Assembly: GCA_047495785.1 (NCBI GenBank)
Contig: JBLDXI010000030.1
Span: 1,240,001-1,304,000 of the forward strand
Source of the DNA: Lepidodermella squamata
Lineage: Eukaryota > Animalia > Gastrotricha
DNA length: 64,000 nt
Direction: 5' to 3'
Part shown: one piece after another, positions 23,685 to 35,742 of the stretch
Layout of the letters: each line of letters opens with the position of its first letter
How positions within the stretch are numbered: the first letter of the stretch is position 1
Made by a program: the position numbers and the translations under genes
Notes under the pieces: generated by a model
Database searches by the model: none
The model's input: the letters and a program-made list of their open reading frames with translations, nothing else
What the model was told of the DNA's origin: nothing

Positions 23685-25216
23685 TATCGGTAGCTCATCA
23701 CGTAGAACACGCGAAGACAAGCAAGATAAATTGTTAGAAACGAGATTTTTCAGAATATTTTCATTTTATTCCGTCAATGTGTATGATAAACAAAACAGCC
23801 GTGGCAACGGTGAATAGAATGTAAATTGTAATTGCCGAAGCGAACGCCGCGTTGTCAATGAGCAAAATGTAGGGCACGAAACGGCCGAAACGGCCGAATT
23901 TTCATGCTCTCTTTGTTGACTGCACGCCAACGCCTCAGGATTAGCTCAGCAATTAAACCCGGGTGCAGGAAAGCTAGAACGGGTAGGATGAAGATTTCGG
24001 ATTCCGGAGTGACATGACCGCCAAAATTCTGCCTTGAACCACCCCTTCCTAGGCCACACGCTGAAACGCCAGCAAAATCCGCGTCGATTCCAGCTTCGTT
24101 TTTGGATTGGTTATTGCGTCGATCGAAAGGTATTTGGCTGAAGACATTGTAAATAGCCGAGTGTGCCATTTTGTTCATCCTATCTGCACGCGATCCTTTT
24201 TTGATAACGAAAATTAACATATTTACATTCAATGTTCAATAAATTAACCTGTAAATTTGATGTCAAATCCATACGCCCTCATTTCCCAATATAACTTTTG
24301 GGAGGTCACAACTTCAGCAGGTTTTTCCCAAGGGAATATAGTGAATTCATAATGAGCAGTGTTGTAAATGTGATCAAGGGACATCCAGGATACTGTTACT
24401 TCGTTGTAGTTGCTGTCCACAGTAGTTTCGAAATCCAATGAAGCACTCGTAGTGAAAATTTCGATTGGATCAGAAGAAAGTGGGTTATAAGCTGTCACCG
24501 TATGATGCCTGAAAGATTCAAAATATCTGTATTTATAAGTTCAATAGGATTCGGTGACTTACGTGCACTGAATCCCATCGTGAACAAAACCTACCGATAC
24601 CACTGCGATATCTTCTTTAAAGAAATCGCTTTCCCATAGCCCTTCGTAAATGTCTGGCTTACGAAGTGTTAGCTTGGATCCGATATGTCCTATCGAAGCT
24701 TCTACAATCAGCGCGTTGAAATATGTTTTTGAAAGATAGAAACTACAACCGGAGATCAGATGCAACAGCAAGCCGCTCTCCGTAAGAATCTCCTGTTCGA
24801 ACAGGCCGACGTCATAGTAGAATTTAAACACTTTGGCTTTAATCTTATCAACCACGTCGTTAAGCAGTACTGTCTCGATACGGAAAACCGCGTAATTCGG
24901 CAGACGAATGCGACGAATGTAGCCATCAGAGGTTTTACGGAAAGAAGTCGATGAATAAATCGATTCCTAATCCAAAAGCTATTGAATTCGAAATGTATGG
25001 GAACCAAAAGTAGCATACGTTGTACGCAGTTGTTCCTATGACGCCGGATGATAACTCCGGAAGTAAAGTTGTATCATTAGGGAGATCGCTTACTTGGATG
25101 AAATCGAAACCTGCTAACAAATTCGAGATGGTATCAGGTTTAAGTGATCCGAGTTGATTTGACGAAGGCCATGACATGAGACAGGCAACAATTAGACAAA
25201 GATTAACAGAAATCAT
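23685..25216 (-). pseudogene. Truncated GH65-RTK copy 3, fused to a duplicated Cys-loop M4 remnant and the C21orf58-like start region
   Basis: Exons 1-4 are paralogous to 19936-18600. From ~23900 down to ~23685 the sequence matches 14300-14080. Confidence 0.8.
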
Positions 25217-26040
25217 CGCCTAAATAAATCAACGCCAACAATGATAACATCGGGCAATAGAGCAGCCTGCAGATGTAGGTCTTACAGGCTAAATCAAGGG
25301 TGGAATCAAGGGTGGTTTGGTAAATTGGTTAACGAAAAGCGAGCCGATTTTGCCGAAATAACGATAGTTTTGATTTTCATATTTTTCGAGGGGCGCAATT
25401 TAACAGAAAACGAAAAAATGACCCTATTACGTTTTTTTGAGAACATTTTTTCTTTGTTGGTGAATTTACATGATTTAAGCTTGCGATATTTTGTGGATGC
25501 CGAAAGCCGCAACACGCGCCTTATCTTCCAGGCGACATATTTTTCGTGATAATATTAGTTTTCCCGTAATTATATCTAGCATATGCCGCAATGAAAGTGC
25601 AATGAACAAGTCCATGAGACATTTGTTGCTTAGGCTCGATTGATTTGAAACAGTTCACTACCTCAACCTGAATTAGTACCAAAAGTAGGTAAATGGTATT
25701 TCGATATCATTTTGGCCCGAATTCCGCCAATTTAATATTCACATTGATAGGGCCTGGAATTCACTGAGACAAAACGATGGTGACGGAATGAAACAGCGGC
25801 ATAAGATTCGTTCTTAATTTTTCTTTCAGTCTGCAATTTCAGCATTTTCTGGGGGAAATTACGCTCTCATTGGTAAACATTCAGCGAGAAAAAATTCGCG
25901 ATCTCGGTTAAATTATTACGCGATTTTTGTATACAATATGGACAGTGAATATGAACAGCTGCCAGCAGATTTCTCGCGGCAAATTACCCGATCCCAGCAA
26001 ATGGGAAGGGACAGTTGTTTTAGTTTCTACTCCGAAATAA

Positions 26041-27572
26041 ATGCATCATATTGGACTCGTTCTCCTAATTTGCATCGTTGCTTTTTACGCAATTTCAATC
26101 CGCCAGAAAAATGATGCTGAGAAATCATCAATCATGAAACTTCCCGAGGTCATTGCTAACTTGTGGAGCCAACCGAAAAGACTACCGAACTACGTCAAAG
26201 AAGGCTTGGAGCATGTCATCAAGTCCCCTCATAGTATCATCTATCGACAATTTTCTGAGGCGACTATCAAGAATGTTGGCGATATCGAAAGTCTGCAAAG
26301 AGCTTTTCTCAGATTATTCGATCCTCCCAAAAAGAATTGGTTCAAAAATCTGAAGAATGAGCGCAGAAGCCTTAACGTCGTTCTTTTGGGCGAGTCAATT
26401 TCCTCCTGCGTATGAGTGTAACATATTCTCAGAAAAAACCTTTCATTCATTCTTTACTATAGAAAGGAGGACCTGTTCATCTCGACCATCTCCTGCGATG
26501 GCTCAACAAAACCCTCGAGCCATTCGGAGTTCACGCAAAGGGAGAAAATTGGGCGTTAGGAGCTACTAACAGCGGCTTTAACGCTTACTGTGCCCAACAG
26601 TTTATCAACCCGTTGGATTTCGACATCGCACTGCTTCAATTTACGAGAAATTCGGAAACTATGGATGAATTCCGCGCCCTGGTTACGGGATTGTGGCGTA
26701 ATAATCCGGATTTGCATATCATAATCGTTGATTTTCCGGATGTTTACGACATTTTCACGATACCAGATTACAACTCAGACGACGCTGATTCGAACTTCGC
26801 TAACCACACCAAAGCTGCGAAATCTTTGGATGTTACCATGATTAGTGGGGAAGAGTTCCTTTCCGATGCAAACCATTGGCAGCGGACTGCGGAGGAGTTG
26901 GCAGAGCTTAATGACATATTCGATTACTACATCTCTCCATCGGATTTCAAGCACCCTGGACCTCAGGTTCACGTAATGATGGCGGAGCACATTATCAGTT
27001 ACGTCAAAAATTCTCTCCGCGAACTTCTAGAATCTGATGAGTACCCCGAACAGGTACCAGTTCGAGAGTTGAAGAGCGATTTTTATTACGAATGTCACGT
27101 GACATATCAGAAGCATGAAGGCCGCTTGAAAAATGACCTAGTCCCGACAAAGGCCGGCGTTGATACTGACAGCATTGATTTTCTTATTTGCTGGCAAGTT
27201 CAACACTACTCATCGTTGGAATTTGACTTTACCGAGTTCAAGACGAATATTTCTACCTGTTTCCTGCCTCGAGTTATTTTATCCTACGGCCGCTTTACTT
27301 ATAAATGCATGGCAGAGGGCGGTTTCTTCAATATCGCTTATACTATTGAAATGGGTGATGGGCAGGTGTATGAAGCTAGTTACGATCTTCAATTTAATAC
27401 CAAACATCCTTACTTGCATACAGTCCTCATGACACCAGTCGATGCGCATACAGAAGTGGATTGCTTCTCGGTGCTTGAAAATTTGAAAGCGGTTCGAGTT
27501 GTTCTGACGAACCACTGCTCAAACATCTGCGACATGGGTGTTTACTCAGTTACTGTTGCTTTTAAGGTTTAG
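26041..27572 (+). CDS. SGNH/GDSL-family hydrolase with an N-terminal signal anchor (two exons)
   Basis: Block I VVLLGESISS, intron 26410-26462 (phase 0), block II NWALGATNSG, block III IALLQFTRN, block V DFKHPGPQVH, plus a C-terminal Cys-containing domain. Confidence 0.75.
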
Positions 27573-28179
27573 GGAATAAAGGAACCAGTGCCGTATACCC
27601 ACCGAGTTGATATTTCCATCAATATCTACTAGATTTACCGGTTTTATGTTGCTTCTTACAGTCTGGAACCACTGGGCTTCATTTTCGCTTTTCCGCGTCG
27701 CGAGTCGCGATATCAAGGATGCAGAAAGGTCAATGTCAAAACTCAATAGCTGACATATATGATGGCTTAAGGCTGCTGCAATGACAACATTCCTTCTGAT
27801 TGAATTCATCAATCTCATTGGCAACAGCAGCAGCAGAGCTGCTACAGTAGCGCCGGGAGAACCCATTGTACACCATTTCGTAAATTTCTGCTGCGGTTAA
27901 ACATTAAGCAGTTTATTTTTACACATGTATAAAATTGTTGCTCATGAGTGGAAAATAGAAGTGACACTGAAAAAACGACAAAACTCAGCGCTGAAAGGAT
28001 TGCCAGGGACGCAAGGGACGTGGGGGTAGCCCCGGGGACGCGTACCTGGCCGGTATGGGCTCCAGTTTCACCTCGAAGGTACGCTGAAATCCCTGGTTGG
28101 TTAGGGGTTTCTTGATTGAGTTACATCGATATGTGGATCGATATGTGGAAGAGGTCACATGTTCTGTGTTACTTGATTA

Positions 28180-29144
28180 TCAGTTAGTTGTTGGTCGACA
28201 AGAAACTTGACGAGTCGACGTTCTGAGGCAACTATGGCGCCGTCGCCGACGGGAGATGGGTCCGAATTCGGCTCGGTCCCGGGTCCAAAAAATGAGACTT
28301 CGTCGGCCTTTTCCTCGACGCACTTGAGGCGTGGAAGTCGGCCCTAAATTTTCATCATTTCGATGCAACACCGGCGACGTTGTTTGGGACTTGTTTCGGT
28401 CTACAGTCATACCAGATGGAAAGTACTAGCTACTTCCGATCACCAAGTAATTACGAGAGCACGGGAAATGCTCGTTCGGCAAAACACAGCTCGTCGACTC
28501 GTCGGCAAAACACAGTGCAACTTCCTGGAAGAGTTCACGTGTTACGTATCAGTTAGCTTCTTATTGTACGAGAGCTACTTGAGCAAATGCCGTTCAGTCT
28601 CGGATGAGCTCGAGGAACGAAGAGAACGAGCTGCGACTTGCTTGTCAACAGTTTGAACACCACTCAATGCTTATGGAAGCCGCAACGCCTGGTCGCCCCC
28701 AACGCCCTCGTTGAGATCGTAGGCAAGGAAGTTGTGAAAGGAAGCTCGTTCAGAAAGTGTGAGCTGCGATGCTCCGGAATCTAAGATACACTTTCGTTGT
28801 TCTGAGACAACCATGGCGCCGCCGGGAGACGTGTCTGCAATAGACTCGGTCCCTATAACTGAAGCTCTAACGGTGTTTTCCGGGACAGTCGTGGCCGAAA
28901 TTTGACGCTTGGAACTCGGCTTGTTGCGTTGCTGCTGCCGTTTGAGCACGACGGCGCCATGGTTGTCGCAGAGCAACGAAAGTGTATCGTTGACTCTGGA
29001 GCATAGAAGCACATGGTTTCTGAACGAGCTGCCCCGTACGTATGTAATGCAAATTTTGCCGCAGTTTTTCGAGGCTTTCACGGCAAAATTTCGTAAGGCT
29101 TCGTAAAAACTCGGCAAGCGGCAAGAAATGCTGGGGTGAAGCAC
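28180..29144 (-). mobile_element. Possible highly decayed Copia-like LTR retroelement remnant
   Basis: Only the motif ILDSGAS (Copia protease-like) in a broken frame. No LTR pair found. Confidence 0.25.
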
Positions 29145-30276
29145 TTGGGTTCTGAACGATGCCAGCTGTCCTTCACAACTTCATTGCTTACGATCCTATT
29201 TGAACATTTAACGGCAGGAAATTGGGGCGTTTCGTATTACGTGGGCTTGTATGCTTTTCTCCGTGAACGCTGTGTGAGCTAAAAACCGCGAAGCAATAAG
29301 CAACTATTCTTCTACTGTGCACAAAGGTTTACCAGGCAATTTAAGGTTCCAGAGGCTAGTGGTTGGAATGACTTCTTTTTGGCCGTGGAGTGATGTAGGC
29401 GGGTAGTCATGGGTTGCACATTGCATTACGATTGCATTCTGACAAGTTACGGTGTGCGTGGCGTGGGCGCGCACTGGCGGCATACAAAGATTTCCACGAC
29501 ACGAACGGCGACAGTACGGGGGTTCCCCCGGCATTAATCGCAAATAAAGGTTTAGTTTTTTTCGATTTTTTGACCATAGAAACACGATAAAACCAGACAT
29601 TTAGAATCGAATGTTCCAGACCACGATCGGATTATGCCGGATATTAGAAATATATTTATTTAGAGAACAAGTAAGCGTCGATGCTTTCAAACACGATTCT
29701 GGTATTACATTGTCGTATCGTGTGGGAATGCGGCTGACAGCACCGAAGTAAAAATGAACCAACATCGAAAACATCAGTTATTGGAGCTTTTGGATTCAGG
29801 ATAGCAAATAAAAAGCTCAATATTACAGTCTTTTCTACAAATTCCAGCCTCTCTGCTTCGGGCTCATCATGTGAAGCAAGCACTGTATTAGCAGTATTAG
29901 TTCAGACATGTCAATTCAGACAGTCGTCATTCCCTGCAGACAGTTAGAGTATTTTGTCAAAAGTGGAATAAGATATAGAAAATTAGCCGGTTGACTAGGA
30001 AAAAGTCGAAAACCATAGCCAGAGTTCAGAAAACTAAAACAATAATGACAAATAATGATGATAATAATGAAAAATAATGATTGATATTTCAAAATCAATT
30101 TCGAAATCGAGCATTTTTTCGTGCTGTCATATATATTCATCAATTTGAGTTAAATATAATAATACTTATATGATAACAATAGATCATCAAGCCATCAAAC
30201 TAAAATCGCGAATCGAAGAAATTATTTTCGATAAACAAGCATATTATTTACGAAAAGATTCGAGCTCAACTTCGCA

Positions 30277-33220
30277 TTATTCATAATTCAGCACGTACAA
30301 CGCATAAAGGTTGATTCCAAAGAAAAAGGCCACAGCCATAACAAAGCCGAGTGCATTCAGCAGATTCACGACTGAAATGCGTAGGCAGCCGAATTTCAGC
30401 ATCTTGTTGGCTGATTTTGCCATATCGGTCGCAATATAGCCGAGAAGCAAGTTGTAAAAGCTGACCAATCCGGTGTAGACTGACATGTAGAAAATGTACT
30501 CGGTCAACAGGATCATCGCAGCACTTTTCGGGACATCTTCCAAGACCTGATTCTGGGCAACAGTCAATGCGAGAAGGATCGTGACTACGAACATCACTCG
30601 ATCTGGCTTGTTAGCTTGCATAAGAAACGCTGCTAGTTCCAAGAATGTGAGAACCAGACAAGGACCAATGATGTTCAATAGGTAGTAGTTGGGCCTCCTT
30701 CTAAAGCTTAGTTTGAAAACAGCCACGCTGACTTTGCTTCCAATGGTCGGAGCAGACAACAGTTTGATTTCCCATTTCGTTTCCTTAGGCAGAATCTCCC
30801 ACTGGGCAACTGGGGATAGCTCATCAGGTGTTATCATATTCAGCTTGGAAAACGCTGTAAGATTGACTGAGCGATGAATGCCGAACTTGATCTCGCAGGT
30901 CTGCGTATCGAACGGGAACTTTCGCAGGTCCATGTCGCAAGTTGACTTAAACACGCCAACTCTCGACCAGTAGAACTGCATGTTAAGATACATTTCATCG
31001 AATGGCCTGATTATGAAGACGAAATCGTCCCCGAGTTGGCTATTCACCATGTAGACGTTATCAGGGCTAGATCTAAATGTCAAAGGAGGCAGCCAGTAGT
31101 CATCTTTACTTGCCACAAACACTCGAGAAGGACCGTCAACGTCAACTGGAATATCCGTCTTTTTACAAGTCGAAACGTTCCAATGCAGCTGAATGATCCC
31201 TGATAACGAAATCGTCTCACCAACCTCGTCGATCCCGAAAAATTGGTCGACCACAAAAATGGCTGAAATGGTAGTTGCACTGCCGTTGTTGGGCGGAGCG
31301 CTTCTGTCCGCAGAAAAGTCATGGCATGAGCTCTTAGCAATGTCCGAATCTCGAATTTTAGGCGTGGCGGTTTCTCCAACCAATTTGGGCATTCCTTCTT
31401 CTTTTTTCTGTTCCAAAGTTTTTTGCTGCGGTGGCGGGGCGGGGGTGGTCGTAGTAGTCGTTAGGCTAGTAGTTGTTTCGACCACTCGAGTCGTTGTAGC
31501 TGCTGTTGTATCGACTGCACCTTTCGTTGTTAGCATTGGTGACGTAGCTGCAATCGATCGTGTAGTACTATCCACAACTGCCGTAGTCGATACAACATTA
31601 GTTGTTGTCTTTAGCGACGAAGTTGAGATTGCAGCGCTCCCCGTCGTGGTTGAGATGTTAAGTTTATCTGTGAATAAGGTTTTTTTCAAACAATTCCTGA
31701 ATTGAAAGATGTTTCAATGCAACTCATTATCAGTTTGACGTAGAATCCGTTGGTTCGGTTCACGTTACTTCCAAATTGGTACTGGAGCACTTGCAACTCT
31801 CGTGCTTCGCTGGGTACGCTCGAGATCGATCCTGTCCATTTTTCTGTACTCTCGCTGTACATGTTATATAGCGTCTTATTAATCACGCCGTTTTCAAAGT
31901 CGATTGTGTTGATATAAAGATTAAATCCTCTGCCAGCTGACGTGTAGTTGAGATTTGCATATCTAGAAGAGAACAATTCAAAGTTAATAATACTCATCCA
32001 GTAGTTTCAATCACTGAAGTTGTCGATCCTCAGGTATCTTGACTCGCCACATGCATATTCTGTTGATAGTATTTAGCAGATTCGTCGGTTTCACCCCGAT
32101 CACGGCCTCTTCGAATTCCCAATCGATGGTTGCCAACGCATTGCATCCCCCGGTAATCTCGGGAAAAATCTTGGAAACAAGGCTTGATTGACCGACTGAA
32201 TCAACTTGCTCGAAATATATTTCCAAGCGAACGAAAAATGTAACTGGCGTTAATGTAACAAGCGCGGTTGAGCTTTTGCTCGTCAATGTAACGTTATTAT
32301 CAGGCCCTAGGTCGCTTGGGTAGAAAACACCGAGTGTTGGCGCTACACCCGAAAAACCTGCATCGTAGAGCTCGACGCGGACGTCATTTGTAAGCACCTT
32401 ACTACCATTGGCATGCACAACGAGCAAGTACATTTTAGAAAATGTGAGAACTTTCCCTGGGTTTGCGAAAATTCTCCACTGATTTGGCAAAGAGGACCCG
32501 ATGATGGTTACGTTGATTACTCCATTTTTCAAACCTCGAATCGTTGTTTTTTCCGCGAGGTACCATTCAGTGCTGTTGACAGTGTTGTTAGCCGTGTACT
32601 GACACGAAGGCCCGAATGATTTATCCGGGCACATACAGGCATATCCATTCCAGCACAAGCCCGTGCCACAGTTTGGAGAGCATGTGCTAGCCGCAGATGC
32701 TTGAAATGTGAAGAATTAATAAACTGGTTGTAACTTTACTCCTCTCTTACGGCTATCACAATTAGGGCCCTGGAACCCATATTTACAGTTACAGAAACCA
32801 ATCGCGTTACATGAGCCCGAATTCGGGCACCCAGCTGTTAAAGTAAATATTAAAATTGGTCATAATTTCCCATAGCCCTACAAATGCAATTAGTCGGCGG
32901 CACATCCCAGGAGCCATTGCTCAGGCATCGATGCTGGCTCGCAGGCTTGTTATTGATCAAGACCTGGATCGTGTCGTTGTAGTTATTCAGTTTATACACA
33001 TCGTCCTGGGTAATGTCTTGCCAAACGTAGGATGTGGCTGCGCTCGAACCATTCATGTACTGGTATCGAGCAAGTGCAGTTCTAAATCCCGTGCAAGTTG
33101 AGAAAGCTGAAATGTATTATGATTACGATTAAGGACAATTCTAGCGCATACTGATTTACCTGTGCAGATCAACTGCGAGAGAAGCACAAGAGAAGCAAAC
33201 GCAATATTGAAAAGCGCCAT
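30277..33220 (-). CDS. Modular Cys-loop receptor copy A: signal peptide-Sushi-like-EGF-EGF-CUB-like x2-mucin stalk-LBD-4TM
   Basis: MALFNIAFASLVLLSQLICT signal; RCLSNGSWDVPPTNC; CPNSGSCNAIGFCNCKYGFQGPNC; CSPNCGTGLCWNGYACMCPDKSFGPSC; CUB-like WRIFANPGK..LTSKSSTALV and ICMWRVKIP..GFYVKL. Then a Thr-rich stalk, YWLPP, CDMDLRKFPFDTQTC, RRRPNYY and M1-M4. Short phase-compatible introns link the exons checked. Confidence 0.8.
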
Positions 33221-33620
33221 TCCGACAAACAAAAAGCCACCGACTGCGAGAATCTGCTGGCGGATTGTGGATATCATCGCACATCTTGAGCTATTTTCGT
33301 CTTTCATCAACATGTTATTGTTTCAACGCCCACTTTGCAATATCCGCTCGGAAAAAAATTGTGCTTACAAGTTATTTGTTTTAGGTCAGTAGGCAGTGGG
33401 TAGACATTTCACATATTTGAAAAAGCGAAAAATACCGTCAGTTGGGGCTATCCGGACGGCGAAAAAAAATTACCCTCTGATTTTTTTGCATTTTTTCACG
33501 TTTCAGAAGGTCCTGATTCCAATGGAACCAGGATTCCGAATAGCTTCACGGATGGGGCTATTCGGACAGGTGTGGGGCTATTAATTATACATAAATATTC
33601 AATTCAAATATTACTAATAT

Positions 33621-33717
33621 GCTGTGTTCAGTGGTCGAGTGGCTTTGGATGTGCTTCTAGAAAGCATGGCAAAGTACGAAACAAAGGTTCGAGTCCACGC
33701 CGCGGAGCAATTTTTTT
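33621..33717 (+). mobile_element. tRNA-derived SINE-like head (Pol III A and B boxes)
   Basis: A-box TGGTCGAGTGG 33632-33642, B-box GGTTCGAGTCC 33686-33696, T-run 33711-33717. No clean cloverleaf. Confidence 0.5.
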
Positions 33718-34009
33718 CCGCAACATTTTTATTATTATTATTTTTATGCCCAAGAATTTGAGCAAACTAAAACACTGATTTTTAGTTGAATTATTTGTCA
33801 ATTATAGTCGTAATTAATTAATTGGCAATGTCGTAGGCAGTAACACTAGTATTTTGCAGAAGTGTGGGTTTATTAAGTAATGTTAGCAAAAAACAATCTC
33901 TCAGCCCGCAGGCTAAATAGAAATGACCGGACTTAGAGTGGTCCTTTAGTTTTAGCAATATTTAATATTCACAGCTACGGCCTCGTGTATTAAGCGAGGT
34001 CGACGGAAT

Positions 34010-35742
34010 TACAGAAAAACTATATATACAATGTTATATGAGTTAATATACAAGGAAGTTTCCATCCAACGCCTCGGGCCGCCGCTTTGCGCGTGCCGCC
34101 ACCCGAGGCCCAACCGCTGCCTGCATCGACGAAAATGTACAAGAAGTCCAACAACCGCCAGAGGTACCAACAACCAACAACACATCGCCTCGGGCCGCCG
34201 CTTGGTGCGTGCCGCCACCCGAGGCCCATCCGCTACCAGGATCGACGGTCACCGCCGAACTGCATCAACGATCAGCAAGCTGAGGTCCATGACTCTTAGG
34301 TTCATGTCTCAGTAGTACAATTCAATTTAAAGAATCTAGGATCTAGGACAAAAATAGAAAACATAGCCGGACTTGAACCGGGGCCTCTCACGGCACTAAA
34401 CCAAAGACGATTTAAACCGGACCCGAACCGATGCCTTTCACACACAGAGAGAATTTGAAAAGAACTAAAGGGACTAGAGAAAGATATAAGATACAAGAGA
34501 GGAACCCAGAGGGAACCTACTGCGCACGGATTGCAGCTATCCGCCGCTAGTCAGGAACCGGAAAGGCCCGGCCGCGCAGGGAGCGATGTTACCTTGCACC
34601 GCCACCCACAACGAACCGGTCCTCCCCGCGACAAGCTGCGCTCGGGCCGTTGCTTCCGTGGACCGCCACCCGCCGCTGGCTAGCCGCCTCTAACACCCGA
34701 CAGTAACCTAAACAGCTAAAATCGTAGGGAGTCGATCATCTGACGTTCGAATAGCCGGTAGAGGACCAGCGCCCAGAAGATGGTCAAGAAAGAAACGAAC
34801 CGGCGATTTACTCTCCGGAATGGGCCTATCGCGACTCTGGCGAACTATTCCGCCTAGCACACTACCTGCTTCGAGCGCCCTGTTGAAACAATGGAACGAC
34901 AAGCTGGACAAACGGTCTTGGATTACTTGGAAGTCGGGAAACGTCGCCTGCAGTCGCCGCTGATAAAGTTGATCCGGGCACCGACGGGGGAGCCCCAAGA
35001 TGATCTTGAGGGCCCGCCTCTCTAGGACCGCCAGTGTTTCGATATACTGTGGCTTCGAGTTAGCGAACGCCGGGGCACCGAATTCTAACAACGGCCTGAT
35101 TACGCTCTTGTAAAACAAGAGGCCCAAGGTGGGGTGGGTCTTGACTTTTCCGCGAAAAAGAGCGAAAATACGAGGGAGAGCTCGGGACGACACGTGTTGT
35201 AAGTGAGGCGTCCAGCATAGGTGCTTGGACAGCCAAACGCCCAGATATTTGAATTCCTGAACCCTTGGCAAGCAAATGCCGCCTAGCTGGAGCTGACCAG
35301 CTGTGTGATTTACATTGGCGCCGAATGCGACCCACTCGCACTTCCTCGGGTTCAGGTCTAGTCTCCAACGCTGAGACCAGCGTTCTGTGACCCGAAGTGC
35401 CGCTTGGACACGAGCAGTTGCAAGTGGGGCCGGTCGCCCAGTAGCCCATACAGCCTGGTCGTCGGCGTATGCCGCCGCGGCAGTTCTCTTTAGTGCGTCG
35501 TCCTTGTCTACCTCCGCTGGGAGGGACGAAGATGTGTAGATTATGCAGAGTATCGGGGATAATGGTGATCCCTGAGGGACTCCGCAAGCTACCTCGACAT
35601 CCTCACTAAAGCTGTCCCCTACTCTGACTCGCATACGCCTGTCGCGTAGAAAATCGGATATCCATCGCACAACGGCCACGGGTAGGCCGAGGCCTTTTAA
35701 AACCATGCGTAAACCGTTGTGCAGTCTTTCCAGCTTATTCAA
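34010..35742 (-). mobile_element. 5'-truncated non-LTR retrotransposon (Jockey/I-like RT C-terminal half plus 3' UTR)
   Basis: Uninterrupted ORF 34708-35742: GVPQGSPLSP, YADD, LNPRKCE, FKYLGV, FYKSVIRPLLEFG. The 3' boundary is approximate. Confidence 0.85.

Noticed and set aside
31193-31705. Val-rich plus-strand ORFs (also 44731-45168)
   Set aside because: Antisense shadows of the Thr-rich stalk codons.
33221-33313. Longer N-terminus (MLMKDEN... / MMKGKN...) for the modular channels
   Set aside because: The downstream Met (33220, 46537) gives a clean signal peptide. The upstream start cannot be excluded but has no positive support.
33621-33717. tRNA gene
   Set aside because: It has A and B boxes, but I could not fold convincing acceptor and anticodon stems, and it lies inside a transposon; treated as SINE-like.
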